Virus record (IMG/VR): IMGVR_UViG_3300017963_000263
Reading direction: 5' to 3' (one strand)
Source: an uncultured virus (IMG/VR IMGVR_UViG_3300017963_000263)
Taxonomy: Duplodnaviria > Heunggongvirae > Uroviricota > Caudoviricetes
DNA length: 64,000 nucleotides
Shown: piece after piece, positions 27,434 through 37,172 of the stretch
Layout of the letters: each line of letters starts with the position of its first letter
Position numbering within the stretch: position 1 is the stretch's first letter
Notes under the pieces: model-generated
What the model was told of the DNA's origin: nothing
The model's input: only the letters and a program-made list of their open reading frames with translations
Databases searched by the model: none
Made by a program: the position numbers and the translations under genes

Positions 27434-28720
27434 TTATTCGGCCGGCTCGAAATTCCACGTAGGCGTTCCAAGGGGCGTTTCCTTTTCGCCGCCGGCGTCC
27501 GCTGCGGGAACGGTGCCATAGTTGGCCGTGGGGCGAGGCTTGGGCACGAGTACGGCGAAGTCTCGAATCTGGTCGAGTGAGAGCGTGGCCAGGTGCTTCT
27601 CCACCCTGGCTTTCTCGTCGCCTGACAGGTTGGCCGTGACGGTGTCGATGGCCTCTTGTCGCTGCTCGGCCATGACGTTGGCCGCGAAGTCCAATCGATC
27701 CCGAATACCCTGCGGCGCTTGTGCCAGCCACTCCTCTTCGGTGGGCGGCGACGTGTTTTCGGTCTTCTTTTTCTTGTCCACGTCTTCCTCCTCCTCCTCC
27801 TCTTCGTCGCCACCCTTTTTGGCAGCGGCTTTCTTGAACGCCTCGGGGAGTGCGTTGACCGCAACGTCTCCGAGGCCGAAGGTCTCGCGCGCGGCGTTGG
27901 CTACGAGGTCCAGTTCGCTTTTCTCTTCCGCGAGTTTGGAAAACGCCGTCAACTGGTTGTCCGTCAACTGCTCCAGCTCGGAGCGGTCGTCTGCGTCCCA
28001 GCAACAGCCGACGAGGTTGTCAATGAGCGACTTGCGCTCTGCGGCGGTCATGGCCATATCTGTCTCCTCGTTGGTAGAGGGTTCGTTGTCACCTGTTTTG
28101 CCGGGCTCGGCTCCGAGCAGCCCCGCTAACGTGTTCGCCGTCTGGTGGTAAAGGTCCACCAGCTTCTCCAGCGCACCGCGGTTGTCTTTGTTGACGTTCA
28201 CTCCGCATCCGTCGTCTACCGAGCATGCCCCCGTCTCGTCGGGGAGAATCGCCAGGTGGTCGGGGCGGTAGTTGGTCGCAACGTGCGTGTACGCGCGCCC
28301 GTTGTGCTGGCCGTTCTTCACGGGTTTGTTTTCCGTGTAGAGGCCCGTCGATAGTTCGCCACGTTCGCCCGACTCGATAGAACGCAGCAGTTGGGGCGAT
28401 TCCTTTTCGAGGTTCGCAACGTCAAACCACCCCTCGGCGGTCAGCTTGTCTTGGTAGGTGGCGTTGCGTACGTCGCCCAGAACAACCCCGCCCTCTCGCG
28501 CGGGCACAAGCCGCCCGTCTTTGCGCGGATGCCGCAGCGTGATAGGCACGCCGTTCCACGCCTCCGTGGTGCGCTGGATCTCATCCGGTGGGTAGTAGAG
28601 CGCACCCTGGGAGCCGTTCAGCACGCCCGGGACAATGAGCGTGAGCGGGGCAACGATATAATCGCGCCCAGCCTCGGACACCCGACGGGGAGTTGAGAGG
28701 TTAGCTATTACGGTTTCCAT
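27434..28720 (-). CDS. DUF2213-like prohead protease/scaffold
   Basis: WNGVPITLRHP, ELSTG, PDHLAILPDETGACSVDDGCG; acidic scaffold tail. Confidence 0.85.
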   Translation of the reverse strand: METVIANLSTPRRVSEAGRDYIVAPLTLIVPGVLNGSQGALYYPPDEIQRTTEAWNGVPITLRHPRKDGRLVPAREGGVVLGDVRNATYQDKLTAEGWFDVANLEKESPQLLRSIESGERGELSTGLYTENKPVKNGQHNGRAYTHVATNYRPDHLAILPDETGACSVDDGCGVNVNKDNRGALEKLVDLYHQTANTLAGLLGAEPGKTGDNEPSTNEETDMAMTAAERKSLIDNLVGCCWDADDRSELEQLTDNQLTAFSKLAEEKSELDLVANAARETFGLGDVAVNALPEAFKKAAAKKGGDEEEEEEEDVDKKKKTENTSPPTEEEWLAQAPQGIRDRLDFAANVMAEQRQEAIDTVTANLSGDEKARVEKHLATLSLDQIRDFAVLVPKPRPTANYGTVPAADAGGEKETPLGTPTWNFEPAE

Positions 28721-28819
28721 ACTCTATGAGAGTACGGATACCCGTAGGAATTGCGTTGGGAACAGGGTGAAACGCACCCACAAGAGGGTGTGTCTACTTT
28801 GGGGACGGGGAAAGAGAGG

Positions 28820-29110
28820 CTACCCCTTTGTGGAGGCCGTCGCTCCGTTGTTTCGGAAAAGCGCCTGATAGGCAAACGGACACAACTGGACCCAGCAGTA
28901 TTCAAAGCGACGATGGTGGACGACGCATAGAATGTTCTGTCCCTGGGGCCTCAGCAGCTTGCGCATCGCAGCCAGGTGGGGCTTGAGGTTGCTGCGCTTG
29001 GGCCCGCACAGGCACGCCTCCAATTCTTTGCGCTGGTGCGGCTTCCCGTCTGCCAACACCTTGAGAATGCGCAGTTGTGTCTTCGTAAATCCGTCGAGGT
29101 TTACGCTCAC
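28820..29110 (-). CDS. Small winged-helix DNA-binding protein
   Basis: TQLRILKVLADGKPHQRKEL...HLAAMRKLL. Confidence 0.55.
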   Translation of the reverse strand: MSVNLDGFTKTQLRILKVLADGKPHQRKELEACLCGPKRSNLKPHLAAMRKLLRPQGQNILCVVHHRRFEYCWVQLCPFAYQALFRNNGATASTKG

Positions 29111-30348
29111 TTCTTCAGCCCTACTAACGGTTGCGGTCGTTTGCGCCCGATCTTCGTATCTGCTCCGCCCCAACGTGTCTTCGCTCGCTTCTCTTCTAGG
29201 GTGCGCTTGCCGCCTACCTCCTTGCGGATCGAGCGGTCAATTGCCTTGCGTATCTCGGCGCGGGTGCGCTTTTGTTCCTTCGTGGATTCGCCGACGTTTG
29301 CCGGGATGTAGGAACAGCGGCAGTTCGGATGCCTCGGCAACAACCCCCGCGCCTCCTCCAGTTTCATTACGATGCCTTGTAGCGGCGCGCACACCTCGCA
29401 CGGCGAAGGGTTTCCCAGTTCCGTGACCCCGAGCCCGCTTGTGCTCCACTCGACGGCCACCCCCAACTCTTCGACCCCCAGCATTTCCAGGGCGTCGAGT
29501 TGCCCCTCCGCGTGTGCGCGTATCGTCTCGGTCTGCGCGATGCGAAACGCCCGCTTCCGCCCGATCTCCACCTGCTTGTTGAGCCGTCGCGCCACCTCAC
29601 GCGGGTTCATGCCCTGCACCAGCCCCTCGGTCAGTACCCGCGTCATGCGCGTGCCCATATCTTGGGTGATGCCCTTGAGGTCGGTGAACACGCGGCCGGC
29701 GACAAGCTCCACCTTTTCCTTGGCAATCGGGAACGCGAACGAGTCGAGCAGGAATTGCTTTTTCGTCCCGGCGTAGAACTCGCCCTCGCCTGCGCCCCAC
29801 TTCCAGCGGCGGGTGTCCTCGAACGCACGCCCCGCCCCTTGACGATAGCCCCGTTCGATGAAGTCGGCCCAGTAGGCGTCCGCGGACATGCCGGGCCCCG
29901 TAATAACATGCAGTTCATCGGCAAGCCATCGCTCGAACTCGGCTATCTTCTGGGCTTGGGTGCGAAAACGCCAGCGGATGTTGAGGGTGGTTGTTGGGCC
30001 GCCCGGAAACGGCGAGCCGAGTTTCGGCACCGCCGCCTCCACCCTGTTCGCCTGCTTGAGCCCCAGAGCATCCTCCTTGACAATCAGCTCCAAGATCCGG
30101 CCCTTGAGTTGCCGGAATCGCTTGGAGAATGCGGCAGAGAACGTCTTGCGCAGCATCAGGGTCCGGGTAGGATCGCGGCGGAGTGGGTTGGGGGGGCGGC
30201 GGGTAGCATTGGCCACGCGCTGGCTTGCTTTGATCGCGCGCGCCTGCTCAAGCGCCCGCGCGACCGCGCCCTCGCCCACGTAGCACTTCCCGCGGTCGCC
30301 CCACTTCCAGCCGAGCTTGCCGCGTACTTTGCATCGTTGCAGGGGCAT
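29107..30348 (-). CDS. Head morphogenesis protein (MuF/SPP1 gp7)
   Basis: RIAQTETIRAH...CEVC..L.G...PRHPNCRC. Confidence 0.9.
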   Translation of the reverse strand: MPLQRCKVRGKLGWKWGDRGKCYVGEGAVARALEQARAIKASQRVANATRRPPNPLRRDPTRTLMLRKTFSAAFSKRFRQLKGRILELIVKEDALGLKQANRVEAAVPKLGSPFPGGPTTTLNIRWRFRTQAQKIAEFERWLADELHVITGPGMSADAYWADFIERGYRQGAGRAFEDTRRWKWGAGEGEFYAGTKKQFLLDSFAFPIAKEKVELVAGRVFTDLKGITQDMGTRMTRVLTEGLVQGMNPREVARRLNKQVEIGRKRAFRIAQTETIRAHAEGQLDALEMLGVEELGVAVEWSTSGLGVTELGNPSPCEVCAPLQGIVMKLEEARGLLPRHPNCRCSYIPANVGESTKEQKRTRAEIRKAIDRSIRKEVGGKRTLEEKRAKTRWGGADTKIGRKRPQPLVGLKK

Positions 30349-30350
30349 GC

Positions 30351-30512
30351 CTACTCCTTGTCCCGCTTGCGCTTGTACGGCAGCGGCTTCCAGCGCCGCA
30401 TCTTGGAACTGCGACGCCTGCGCCTCGCCATGCGGATCTCAGCCCTCGCCTCCGCTATCTCTTCGGGCGTCGGGTCGGGCTTCCTGTTGCTGGGCTCGTT
30501 GCGGGGTTTCAT
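30351..30512 (-). CDS. Small basic protein (MKPRNEPSNRKPDPTPEEIAEARAEIR...)
   Basis: 53-aa ORF filling the gap between portal and MuF; translated by hand. Confidence 0.45.
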   Translation of the reverse strand: MKPRNEPSNRKPDPTPEEIAEARAEIRMARRRRRSSKMRRWKPLPYKRKRDKE

Positions 30513-30517
30513 GGGAA

Positions 30518-32419
30518 CTAGCCGATAAGCGATGCTTTGGAAATATCCATGTTCTCATGGCGTGTGGCCATTGTTACATGGCGCTGCGCTGTGGCTTTGT
30601 GGCGTTCAGCGGTTTTCTGGTCCCCCGCCGTTGTTGCCTCTCGGTGGACTCGCATATTTGCATCGCTTGCTTTCAGGTGGGCTTCTCGCGCTATGTCGTG
30701 GTGCATGCGTGTCCCTGCCTCAATAGCCACCTGTGTCGCAAGATCCGCTTGCTCGCTAAACTCTTCTGCATCACTTAGGGCTGATGCGTCGAGCGTCGCT
30801 ACGCCACCTCCACTCCCAAACCGCCCCTGCTCGTCTCGCGGCTGGTCAGGGTTCCAGTTTTCGGCAAAGGGGTTGTCGCCTTCTTCTTCCTCAACCTCTT
30901 CCTCTTCCGCCACTTCGTTTTCCTCGGCCTCTTCCGCCTCACGTTCCGCCGTCTCCTTTTCCTCTTGATCGGCCGCCTTAATGATCTCCATAGCCTCTTC
31001 CTGCGAGTAGTCCATCTCGCGCGTCAGGAAATCCAGCGGGGCCATGAGCCCAAACACCGAACCGCCCACGTACTTCGCCATCGCCTCCACGCGAGTGGAG
31101 GCCATCGTGGCCTTTTCCTGCGGCGACGACTCGCGCAAGTTCGGCCACACTACCCCGTATTTCTCGGGCGGAGGTAGAACACCGAGCATGATGCAACGGT
31201 CAATGAACGGGACGATAAGACGCGGGGTTATGTAGCCGTTCTGCCGGCCCATCATTCGATCGGCCCAACCGCGCTCGTCTTGAGAGCTTGCCAACTCGCC
31301 ACGCTCCGAGCCCCAGAAGATACGCTCCGGAACCCCGAGCTTGATGCAAATCAGCTTCACTTGCGCTATCAAGTGCGCCGTCGGATCAGCCACTGCCGGG
31401 TTCAACGTCTTGGCGCTCAGCCCCGCAAGCCGTAGGTTCCGCTGCAAACCCGTCTGGAATTTCTCCACCTCGGAAAGCATGTTCGACGGGAACCGCACCT
31501 TCCCGCCAAGCTGCGGGTGGGTTTCAAGGATCAGGTCCCGACTACCATGCAACCAATAGAACTCACCACTCGCCCCGCCAATCTTCCGGCAGTTAAGCAG
31601 CTCGTTGTAGACCGGCCGCATGCGAGGAATGGCCAACACGTCACTCGCCGTGCTCTGGTGGAAGATATCCGCGACGTGCAGCACACGTGACCAGTGGACC
31701 TTGACTGACTTCGTATCGGGCAACGCCCCGGAGGAAGTCCCCTCGGTCTTGTACCCGGCCACGTTGATCGAATACATGATAGGGTGACCGTAGCGGGGGT
31801 TGCTCTCGTCCCGTTCGTACCCGTCAACCCGCACCTTCGTCTGGTCGTACGCGCGCAGGTACACCAAATCGTTCTTCGCGCTTCCCTCCTGCCTCCCGTC
31901 CTCGCCCACGCCCGCCGCCGGCTGCGACAAGTCATCATCACCAGCCAACCCAAGCAGCAGCACCCCAAACTCCCCCACACCCGACAACTCGTCCACCTGC
32001 TGAAGCGCTTGCCAGATCGGGTTGCCCAACTCGTCCTCTTTCGATTCGTACCAGCTATCCCCGCGCAGGCTCTTAGCCAGGTCGCCCCAGGCGGTCTCAA
32101 ACGTCGTCGTCGTAGAAGCGTCCTCATCCTCCTGGACGGACGGAGGGGTCTTCCACGACTCACGCGGCGCTATCTCCACCACGCGCGCCGCAACCGAGCA
32201 CCGCTCGAACAGATACGCATAATCCTCCAGATTGATCTGCCCGCGGCGAGGAAAACCACACTCGTCGTCAATGTCACGGCGAGGACTGCCCCCAGGGCTG
32301 TACGTGCCCCCGCGCGGAAGCCCGTAAGTAGCATTGTGAACCGCCTGGTTGGCGGTCACCTGCGCAACCATCGGGGTATGCCAATGGGCACCCGCCCCGC
32401 TCACAAATTGGTCTGGCAT
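30518..32419 (-). CDS. Portal protein (DUF1073-like) with C-terminal extension
   Basis: VHWSRVLH, GVPERIFWGSERGELASSQD; position after terL. Confidence 0.85.
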   Translation of the reverse strand: MPDQFVSGAGAHWHTPMVAQVTANQAVHNATYGLPRGGTYSPGGSPRRDIDDECGFPRRGQINLEDYAYLFERCSVAARVVEIAPRESWKTPPSVQEDEDASTTTTFETAWGDLAKSLRGDSWYESKEDELGNPIWQALQQVDELSGVGEFGVLLLGLAGDDDLSQPAAGVGEDGRQEGSAKNDLVYLRAYDQTKVRVDGYERDESNPRYGHPIMYSINVAGYKTEGTSSGALPDTKSVKVHWSRVLHVADIFHQSTASDVLAIPRMRPVYNELLNCRKIGGASGEFYWLHGSRDLILETHPQLGGKVRFPSNMLSEVEKFQTGLQRNLRLAGLSAKTLNPAVADPTAHLIAQVKLICIKLGVPERIFWGSERGELASSQDERGWADRMMGRQNGYITPRLIVPFIDRCIMLGVLPPPEKYGVVWPNLRESSPQEKATMASTRVEAMAKYVGGSVFGLMAPLDFLTREMDYSQEEAMEIIKAADQEEKETAEREAEEAEENEVAEEEEVEEEEGDNPFAENWNPDQPRDEQGRFGSGGGVATLDASALSDAEEFSEQADLATQVAIEAGTRMHHDIAREAHLKASDANMRVHREATTAGDQKTAERHKATAQRHVTMATRHENMDISKASLIG

Positions 32420-32423
32420 CAGT

Positions 32424-33020
32424 CTATTCCCTGGGGTTCAGTTCTCGAATCCGCTTCTCGCAACGTGCTATGTCTTGCTCCAAATCCGCCAACGCCTGTT
32501 TGGACGGGGCTAGGTCCAGCCGATCGTGTTTGGTCAGGGGGAGGTACGAATCAAAGCCGTCGTCTCCCACACGCCGCGTCCACGATACCGACCGCATTTG
32601 CAGGGGCATGCTCTTCCGCACCTGAATGCTCTCGACCATCTCGATATAGTTGCGGTGAGCATCGCGGAACGTCCGCAACTGGGCACGGCACGCCTCGTAA
32701 TACGCCACCTGCAACTCGCGCAGCTTGTGCGGCTCCTGCGGTGGAGGCAGCTCCGTCCCGCCGGGATCGTACGCATCACAACGCCACCCGTCTTCCCACA
32801 CCAGCCATTCGTCAATCTGCACGGGACAGCCGCCGTGCTCCTTGTTGAACTCCTCTCGGTAGGTGTCCCAGTCCATCTCGCACGCGGCGAGATTCTGCAA
32901 CGCCATGCCAGGCTGGCCGTAGAGCGCCTCCCCAACGGCACCCTCCGTCTGACCCGTGTGGTCAAGGAAAGGGCTGGGAGGAGTGACTTCAGGGGGAATC
33001 AGGCGGGGGTCAGGGGGCAT
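32424..33020 (-). CDS. Hypothetical protein
   Basis: ORF in operon. Confidence 0.6.
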   Translation of the reverse strand: MPPDPRLIPPEVTPPSPFLDHTGQTEGAVGEALYGQPGMALQNLAACEMDWDTYREEFNKEHGGCPVQIDEWLVWEDGWRCDAYDPGGTELPPPQEPHKLRELQVAYYEACRAQLRTFRDAHRNYIEMVESIQVRKSMPLQMRSVSWTRRVGDDGFDSYLPLTKHDRLDLAPSKQALADLEQDIARCEKRIRELNPRE

Positions 33021-33538
33021 AGCGGCGGCACCTTTCTAAGTAATACATTGAGGTCGACTCTGGGACGTCCCGGGTGAACCGGAATTGACCGGCCGGGGTG
33101 CATGGTCACGAATACAAACACCGCATACCCAGTTTTGCGGGTGAAGTCGAACCCACCGATGCGACCGTCTTTTGACATGCACAACATTCCACAAAGCTGC
33201 TGCGGCTCAGGGCCACACTCTACGATAGTGATATCGTAGATCTGTAGAGTCCCCGCAGCGTGGCCAAGATAGGGGAGGGAATTGACTTGCCCGCTACGAC
33301 CCATTAGGGCTTCCGGAAGGAAATCGGGACGAACACTCCCGTTACATCGCCTAGGAAACTCCCCGTAAAAGCCAGCACACCCGCTTTCATTCCAGGGCAA
33401 CCGTGGCTTCATGGCCAGCCGAATGTTCGGGCTCTCGTCTACCCCACGAACAACAACCTTCCGGCGGCGCTCCCTGCCCGGCAACAACCATCTCACAACT
33501 GCCACCCCACACATCGCAAATAGGTTTCTACGGTTCAT
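32999..33538 (-). CDS. Hypothetical protein (Tat-like N-terminus MNRRNLF)
   Basis: ORF in operon. Confidence 0.5.
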   Translation of the reverse strand: MNRRNLFAMCGVAVVRWLLPGRERRRKVVVRGVDESPNIRLAMKPRLPWNESGCAGFYGEFPRRCNGSVRPDFLPEALMGRSGQVNSLPYLGHAAGTLQIYDITIVECGPEPQQLCGMLCMSKDGRIGGFDFTRKTGYAVFVFVTMHPGRSIPVHPGRPRVDLNVLLRKVPPLCPLTPA

Positions 33539-34076
33539 TGCTTCGCTCCTCGCTCTCCGGGGCCTTTGGTTTCAGTCCCATACGCTCGTCAAGCACCTCG
33601 TTGACTTTCGTCGCAACAGCCGGCCAGTCGTCGTGCGCGTCGGGGTCGATCCCGAGGGCCTGGGCCAACTCCAGAAGGCGTGATTGATTTGTGTCGCTTG
33701 TACATGCACACTGGCCATAGTTTCGCACTTTCCTGCGGCGATCAATGGCATACTTGGGCAGTCGCTCGATGGGGTTCTTTTGCGCAGGGGGTGGAGACGA
33801 CGATTGGCCAGCGTTATCGTCACTTTCGTCCGCGCCTCCAAATATGAACCGACACACTGGATCTGCGCTAAGGTACACCGCCGCAACTGGCATCCATATC
33901 GGGCTTGCGACCCACGCCACGCAGCGACAGATAGGCACCCAGGTCTCATCCGCCACACACCGCACGACAATCCACGCAAACAAGTACCACGCCACAATTC
34001 CGCCCACTGCGTACGCCCACGGATTAGCCTCCAGCCAGCCCGCTATTTGGGCCCAGTCAACTTCTACTCGTATCAT
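33528..34076 (-). CDS. Membrane protein
   Basis: Two hydrophobic N-terminal segments. Confidence 0.55.
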   Translation of the reverse strand: MIRVEVDWAQIAGWLEANPWAYAVGGIVAWYLFAWIVVRCVADETWVPICRCVAWVASPIWMPVAAVYLSADPVCRFIFGGADESDDNAGQSSSPPPAQKNPIERLPKYAIDRRRKVRNYGQCACTSDTNQSRLLELAQALGIDPDAHDDWPAVATKVNEVLDERMGLKPKAPESEERSNEP

Positions 34077-34097
34077 CGCTTCGCTCCTCTAAAAAAG

Positions 34098-35696
34098 TTA
34101 GTAACCCACCCCCACCGTCGACCAACGATCCTCCGACTCCAGCCCGTACACCGCCAACGCTACCGCGTCCAACTCGTCCGGACTGCAACCCACCAACTCC
34201 GTCAACGTCTCTCGCTTGTCCTTCTCGTCACGACGTGTCTTCGGACGAATGCAAATCTGACCCTCTTCGTTGTAATCCAACGGCACCGCCTGCATCTGCT
34301 CCCGTAACGATGGACCCCCGTCCGCGCGCGGGCGGTTCAGGACCTCTCCAGGCAGCGCGAAGTTGTAACCCTCCGCAGGGTTCAAGTATTTCCGAAAAAT
34401 CCCGTACAACTCCGAACGCTTGTTCTTGTACGCCGACCTGCGCTCCCCGTGGGAAATACGCTCGTCCAACGTCACCACGCCAGGCTCCGGCTCCGGCGTT
34501 GCAGCCGCACCGAAGTAAACCGTCCGAACGTCATAACCGTGCTGCCTCAGAACACACGCATGCTGGTACCCTCCTCCCCCCTGGTCAAAATAAATCCGCT
34601 CCGGTCGCAGCAACGGGTATCGACGCAACAACTCCACCGTGCGGTCCACGATATGCGTCGTGTCGGGGGTCTTAAGCCCGTCCAGCGCCAAGAGGGCCTT
34701 GCGATTGGCCGCGGCAAACGAGCTGTTGTCCCCCCCCTGCGCACTGTCCACGCCCGCAGACTCCGCCTGCGTCCCATATCCACCCTGCTTGGCTAGCTCC
34801 TCCGCCCGGTCGATCCATTCGGGCGGGAACATCTTGACGTGCTCATCCTCGGGAAATTCCGCGTCCAGTGAGACCTGCTGCTGGATAGGGTCCCACAACT
34901 CCCGGTTTTTCACGTACTCATTCCACGGCTTCACCCCCGGGATAATCACCTCGCCCGTAGGCTCCAAGCCCTTAGCAAGCTGAATGCGCGCAAGGCGAAT
35001 GTTCGGCGACACCTCCGCCGGCATCTGGAAGCACCGCCGATAGAACCCGTTGCCATCAGGGCGAGGGATATCGCCACCCCGATCCTTCGTCCCAGGCCGC
35101 CCCTTCAAGGCCCACTTGTAGAAATTCTCGCAGGGCCAAGTGTTGCCGAACCACCCGCCACGACGCGCCCACGAAGTGGTCATCTTGTGAATGCCGTTGC
35201 GCAGGCTGCTGGCCTCATCACCGAAGATCGCCGTCCGAGGTATCCCGTCCCCCGTGTCCGCAATATGGTGGCCCTGGAAACTCTCCATCGTGTCGTCATT
35301 GGCCACCATGCCGCGGACGTAGCTCAACGGGCACTCCGTCCCGTCGACCACCTTTTTCAACTCCCTCTGATTGACGATCAGGTTCCCGTTCTGCTTGACG
35401 GACAACGGAACCACGCTCTCCTGAATTGCCTTGTGGATCTCGCCCCATAGAACGGCCAGGTGAGCGTCTTTCGTGGAGGTGGTGATAATGCGACAGGGGT
35501 GCCGCGTGAGGAAAAACAACACAACCCCCCGCCCGAACACGAAATCCTTGCCCAGCATGTTCCCCGCGTAGACGTAGGTTTCGTCGTTCTCCCAAACGCT
35601 ACGTAGGATCTCCTGCTGCTCCCGGTAGAAACGCACCTCGGGCCAGAGGGCTCTAGCCAGGCGGAGAGGGTCGTAGGTGCGTGAGGTTTGGATCAT
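34098..35696 (-). CDS. terL: Terminase large subunit
   Basis: Walker A AGNMLGKD, Walker B IFGDEAS, nuclease GVDSAQGGD and SPDELDA. Confidence 0.9.
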   Translation of the reverse strand: MIQTSRTYDPLRLARALWPEVRFYREQQEILRSVWENDETYVYAGNMLGKDFVFGRGVVLFFLTRHPCRIITTSTKDAHLAVLWGEIHKAIQESVVPLSVKQNGNLIVNQRELKKVVDGTECPLSYVRGMVANDDTMESFQGHHIADTGDGIPRTAIFGDEASSLRNGIHKMTTSWARRGGWFGNTWPCENFYKWALKGRPGTKDRGGDIPRPDGNGFYRRCFQMPAEVSPNIRLARIQLAKGLEPTGEVIIPGVKPWNEYVKNRELWDPIQQQVSLDAEFPEDEHVKMFPPEWIDRAEELAKQGGYGTQAESAGVDSAQGGDNSSFAAANRKALLALDGLKTPDTTHIVDRTVELLRRYPLLRPERIYFDQGGGGYQHACVLRQHGYDVRTVYFGAAATPEPEPGVVTLDERISHGERRSAYKNKRSELYGIFRKYLNPAEGYNFALPGEVLNRPRADGGPSLREQMQAVPLDYNEEGQICIRPKTRRDEKDKRETLTELVGCSPDELDAVALAVYGLESEDRWSTVGVGY

Positions 35697-35807
35697 GGTT
35701 CTGTGCCAACGAAAAAGGCCGCGCAGAGGTGCAGCCCTGCACGGCCTTCTCGTTGGCGTAAACCCGGAACGTCGACTTTCCGGGGATCGGTTAGGTTGTA
35801 AAGGGGG

Positions 35808-36071
35808 TTAGGTTGGGGGCTCCAGGGATCTGTTGCGTTCGGCCAGCATGGCGTCGGCGGCCTCGTAAGCGCAGGCTGCCAGGCACGCTAGGTCTCCTTC
35901 AGTAAACGGATTCTTCCACTTGTCTCGCCAGAGGTGGGATTGCATCGCCTTCGCCGCGAAGTAGTCACGGAGGGACATGCCGGGGCAGCCCGGCTTGAAC
36001 GCATAGTCATTCGCGCCCGCGATAGTATGGGGCATTGGAAATGCCGAGCCACCATCGTCAGTCGACATCAT
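35808..36071 (-). CDS. Common phage hypothetical protein (DGGSAFP...GMSLRDYFAAKAM...AY..ADAML)
   Basis: Recognisable phage motif. Confidence 0.8.
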   Translation of the reverse strand: MMSTDDGGSAFPMPHTIAGANDYAFKPGCPGMSLRDYFAAKAMQSHLWRDKWKNPFTEGDLACLAACAYEAADAMLAERNRSLEPPT

Positions 36072-36241
36072 TTCGCTCCTTCGCTTCGCTCCTTTTGCCG
36101 GTACTTTTCCCGCCTCTTCCGCCTCCGCTCCATCTGGTAGTACGTCACCAGCCAATCTTGCGGGCTCCGCGGCTCCAGGTCACACAGGGCCATGAGGAGA
36201 CGGTAGAAGTTGTAGCGGGCTATCTCGCGGGACGTGGGCAT
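36068..36241 (-). CDS. Small hypothetical protein (MPTSREIARYNF..., 57 aa)
   Basis: Starts right after the recombinase stop; ATGA-coupled to the next gene. Confidence 0.5.
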   Translation of the reverse strand: MPTSREIARYNFYRLLMALCDLEPRSPQDWLVTYYQMERRRKRREKYRQKERSEGAK

Positions 36242-36844
36242 TTAGGTAGGCTCCCATTTTCTCGCCTTCACGGCGTCTATCACGGCCTGTGGGGCTATGT
36301 GGTCTAGGTAGCGTGCCGTCGTAGCGATCGACGAATGCCCGAGCTGCCGGCTGATGACCCCGATATCCACGCCCTCCGCCCTCATCTCCGCTGCCCCCGT
36401 GTGACGTAGCCCGTGGGCATGTACGCGCTTGTCTATGCCCGCCTTGCGCGCGAGACGGGGAAAGAGCTGCCTGATGTAGGCTGGCGTCATGGGCCGCCTC
36501 TGGAGCGTACAGAATAGGGGCTGTCGGCCGTTGGCCCCACACTTGCTTCGGGCCATTTGCCACAGATCCACAAGCGCCCAGCCCGCCTCGTCCATGGCCA
36601 CGGTACGGGCTTTGTCGCCCTTGCCGTGGAGCACGCGAATCGTGCCGGCCTTTCTATCCAGGTCCTTCGGTCTCAATGCCAGTGCCTCGCTAATGCGCAA
36701 CTGTGCCCGGTAGAGCACCGCTATCAGGGCTCGGTTCCGTATGCCCGTAGGGGCACGCTTGGAACATGCTTTCAGGAGCCGGTTCACCTCGTCTGCCGTG
36801 AGTACCTCTGGCGGCAACTTCCGCCCATTCTGTATCTCGCACAT
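36242..36844 (-). CDS. Tyrosine recombinase, catalytic domain only (resolvase/Xer-like)
   Basis: LRISE (R), GKGDKAR (K), HGLRH, LGHSS...TARY; 200 aa. Confidence 0.95.
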   Translation of the reverse strand: MCEIQNGRKLPPEVLTADEVNRLLKACSKRAPTGIRNRALIAVLYRAQLRISEALALRPKDLDRKAGTIRVLHGKGDKARTVAMDEAGWALVDLWQMARSKCGANGRQPLFCTLQRRPMTPAYIRQLFPRLARKAGIDKRVHAHGLRHTGAAEMRAEGVDIGVISRQLGHSSIATTARYLDHIAPQAVIDAVKARKWEPT

Positions 36845-36862
36845 TTCAGGGCCCTCCGTCGT

Positions 36863-36896
36863 TATAGTTACGGTTTGGCGTACAACCGTAATTATA
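36863..36896. promoter_or_regulatory. 13-8-13 inverted repeat, candidate recombination site
   Basis: TATAGTTACGGTT-TGGCGTAC-AACCGTAATTATA (1 mismatch). Confidence 0.7.
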
Positions 36897-36918
36897 TACG
36901 CCCATTTGGGCCCGTCAA
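36891..36918 (-). promoter_or_regulatory. Promoter TTGACG-16-TATAAT of the recombinase
   Basis: -10 box coincides with the outer part of one repeat arm. Confidence 0.7.
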
Positions 36919-36941
36919 TGCAGAAACGTAACTCTATGCCC

Positions 36942-37172
36942 CTATTCAGGCATCCCCGCTACCCTCGGCTCGAACAGCCCGCAGGCACGCTCACCCGGCA
37001 GGATCGGAGGCCGCGCACCCGCCGGCTTCGGCCCCGTAGGCGTCATCACCGCAACCACCCCCGGAGGCATCGCGTAGCACACCCCCGCCGATCCGTGGGA
37101 GTTGAGCACCCGAACACCAGGCCCCGCTGGAGGCTTACCGAACCACTTACACCCTCCGCACGTCTCACTCAT
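36942..37172 (-). CDS. Small Cys-containing protein (MSETCGGCKWF...)
   Basis: GAGGTGG RBS; CxxC...C...CG.F. Confidence 0.6.
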   Translation of the reverse strand: MSETCGGCKWFGKPPAGPGVRVLNSHGSAGVCYAMPPGVVAVMTPTGPKPAGARPPILPGERACGLFEPRVAGMPE

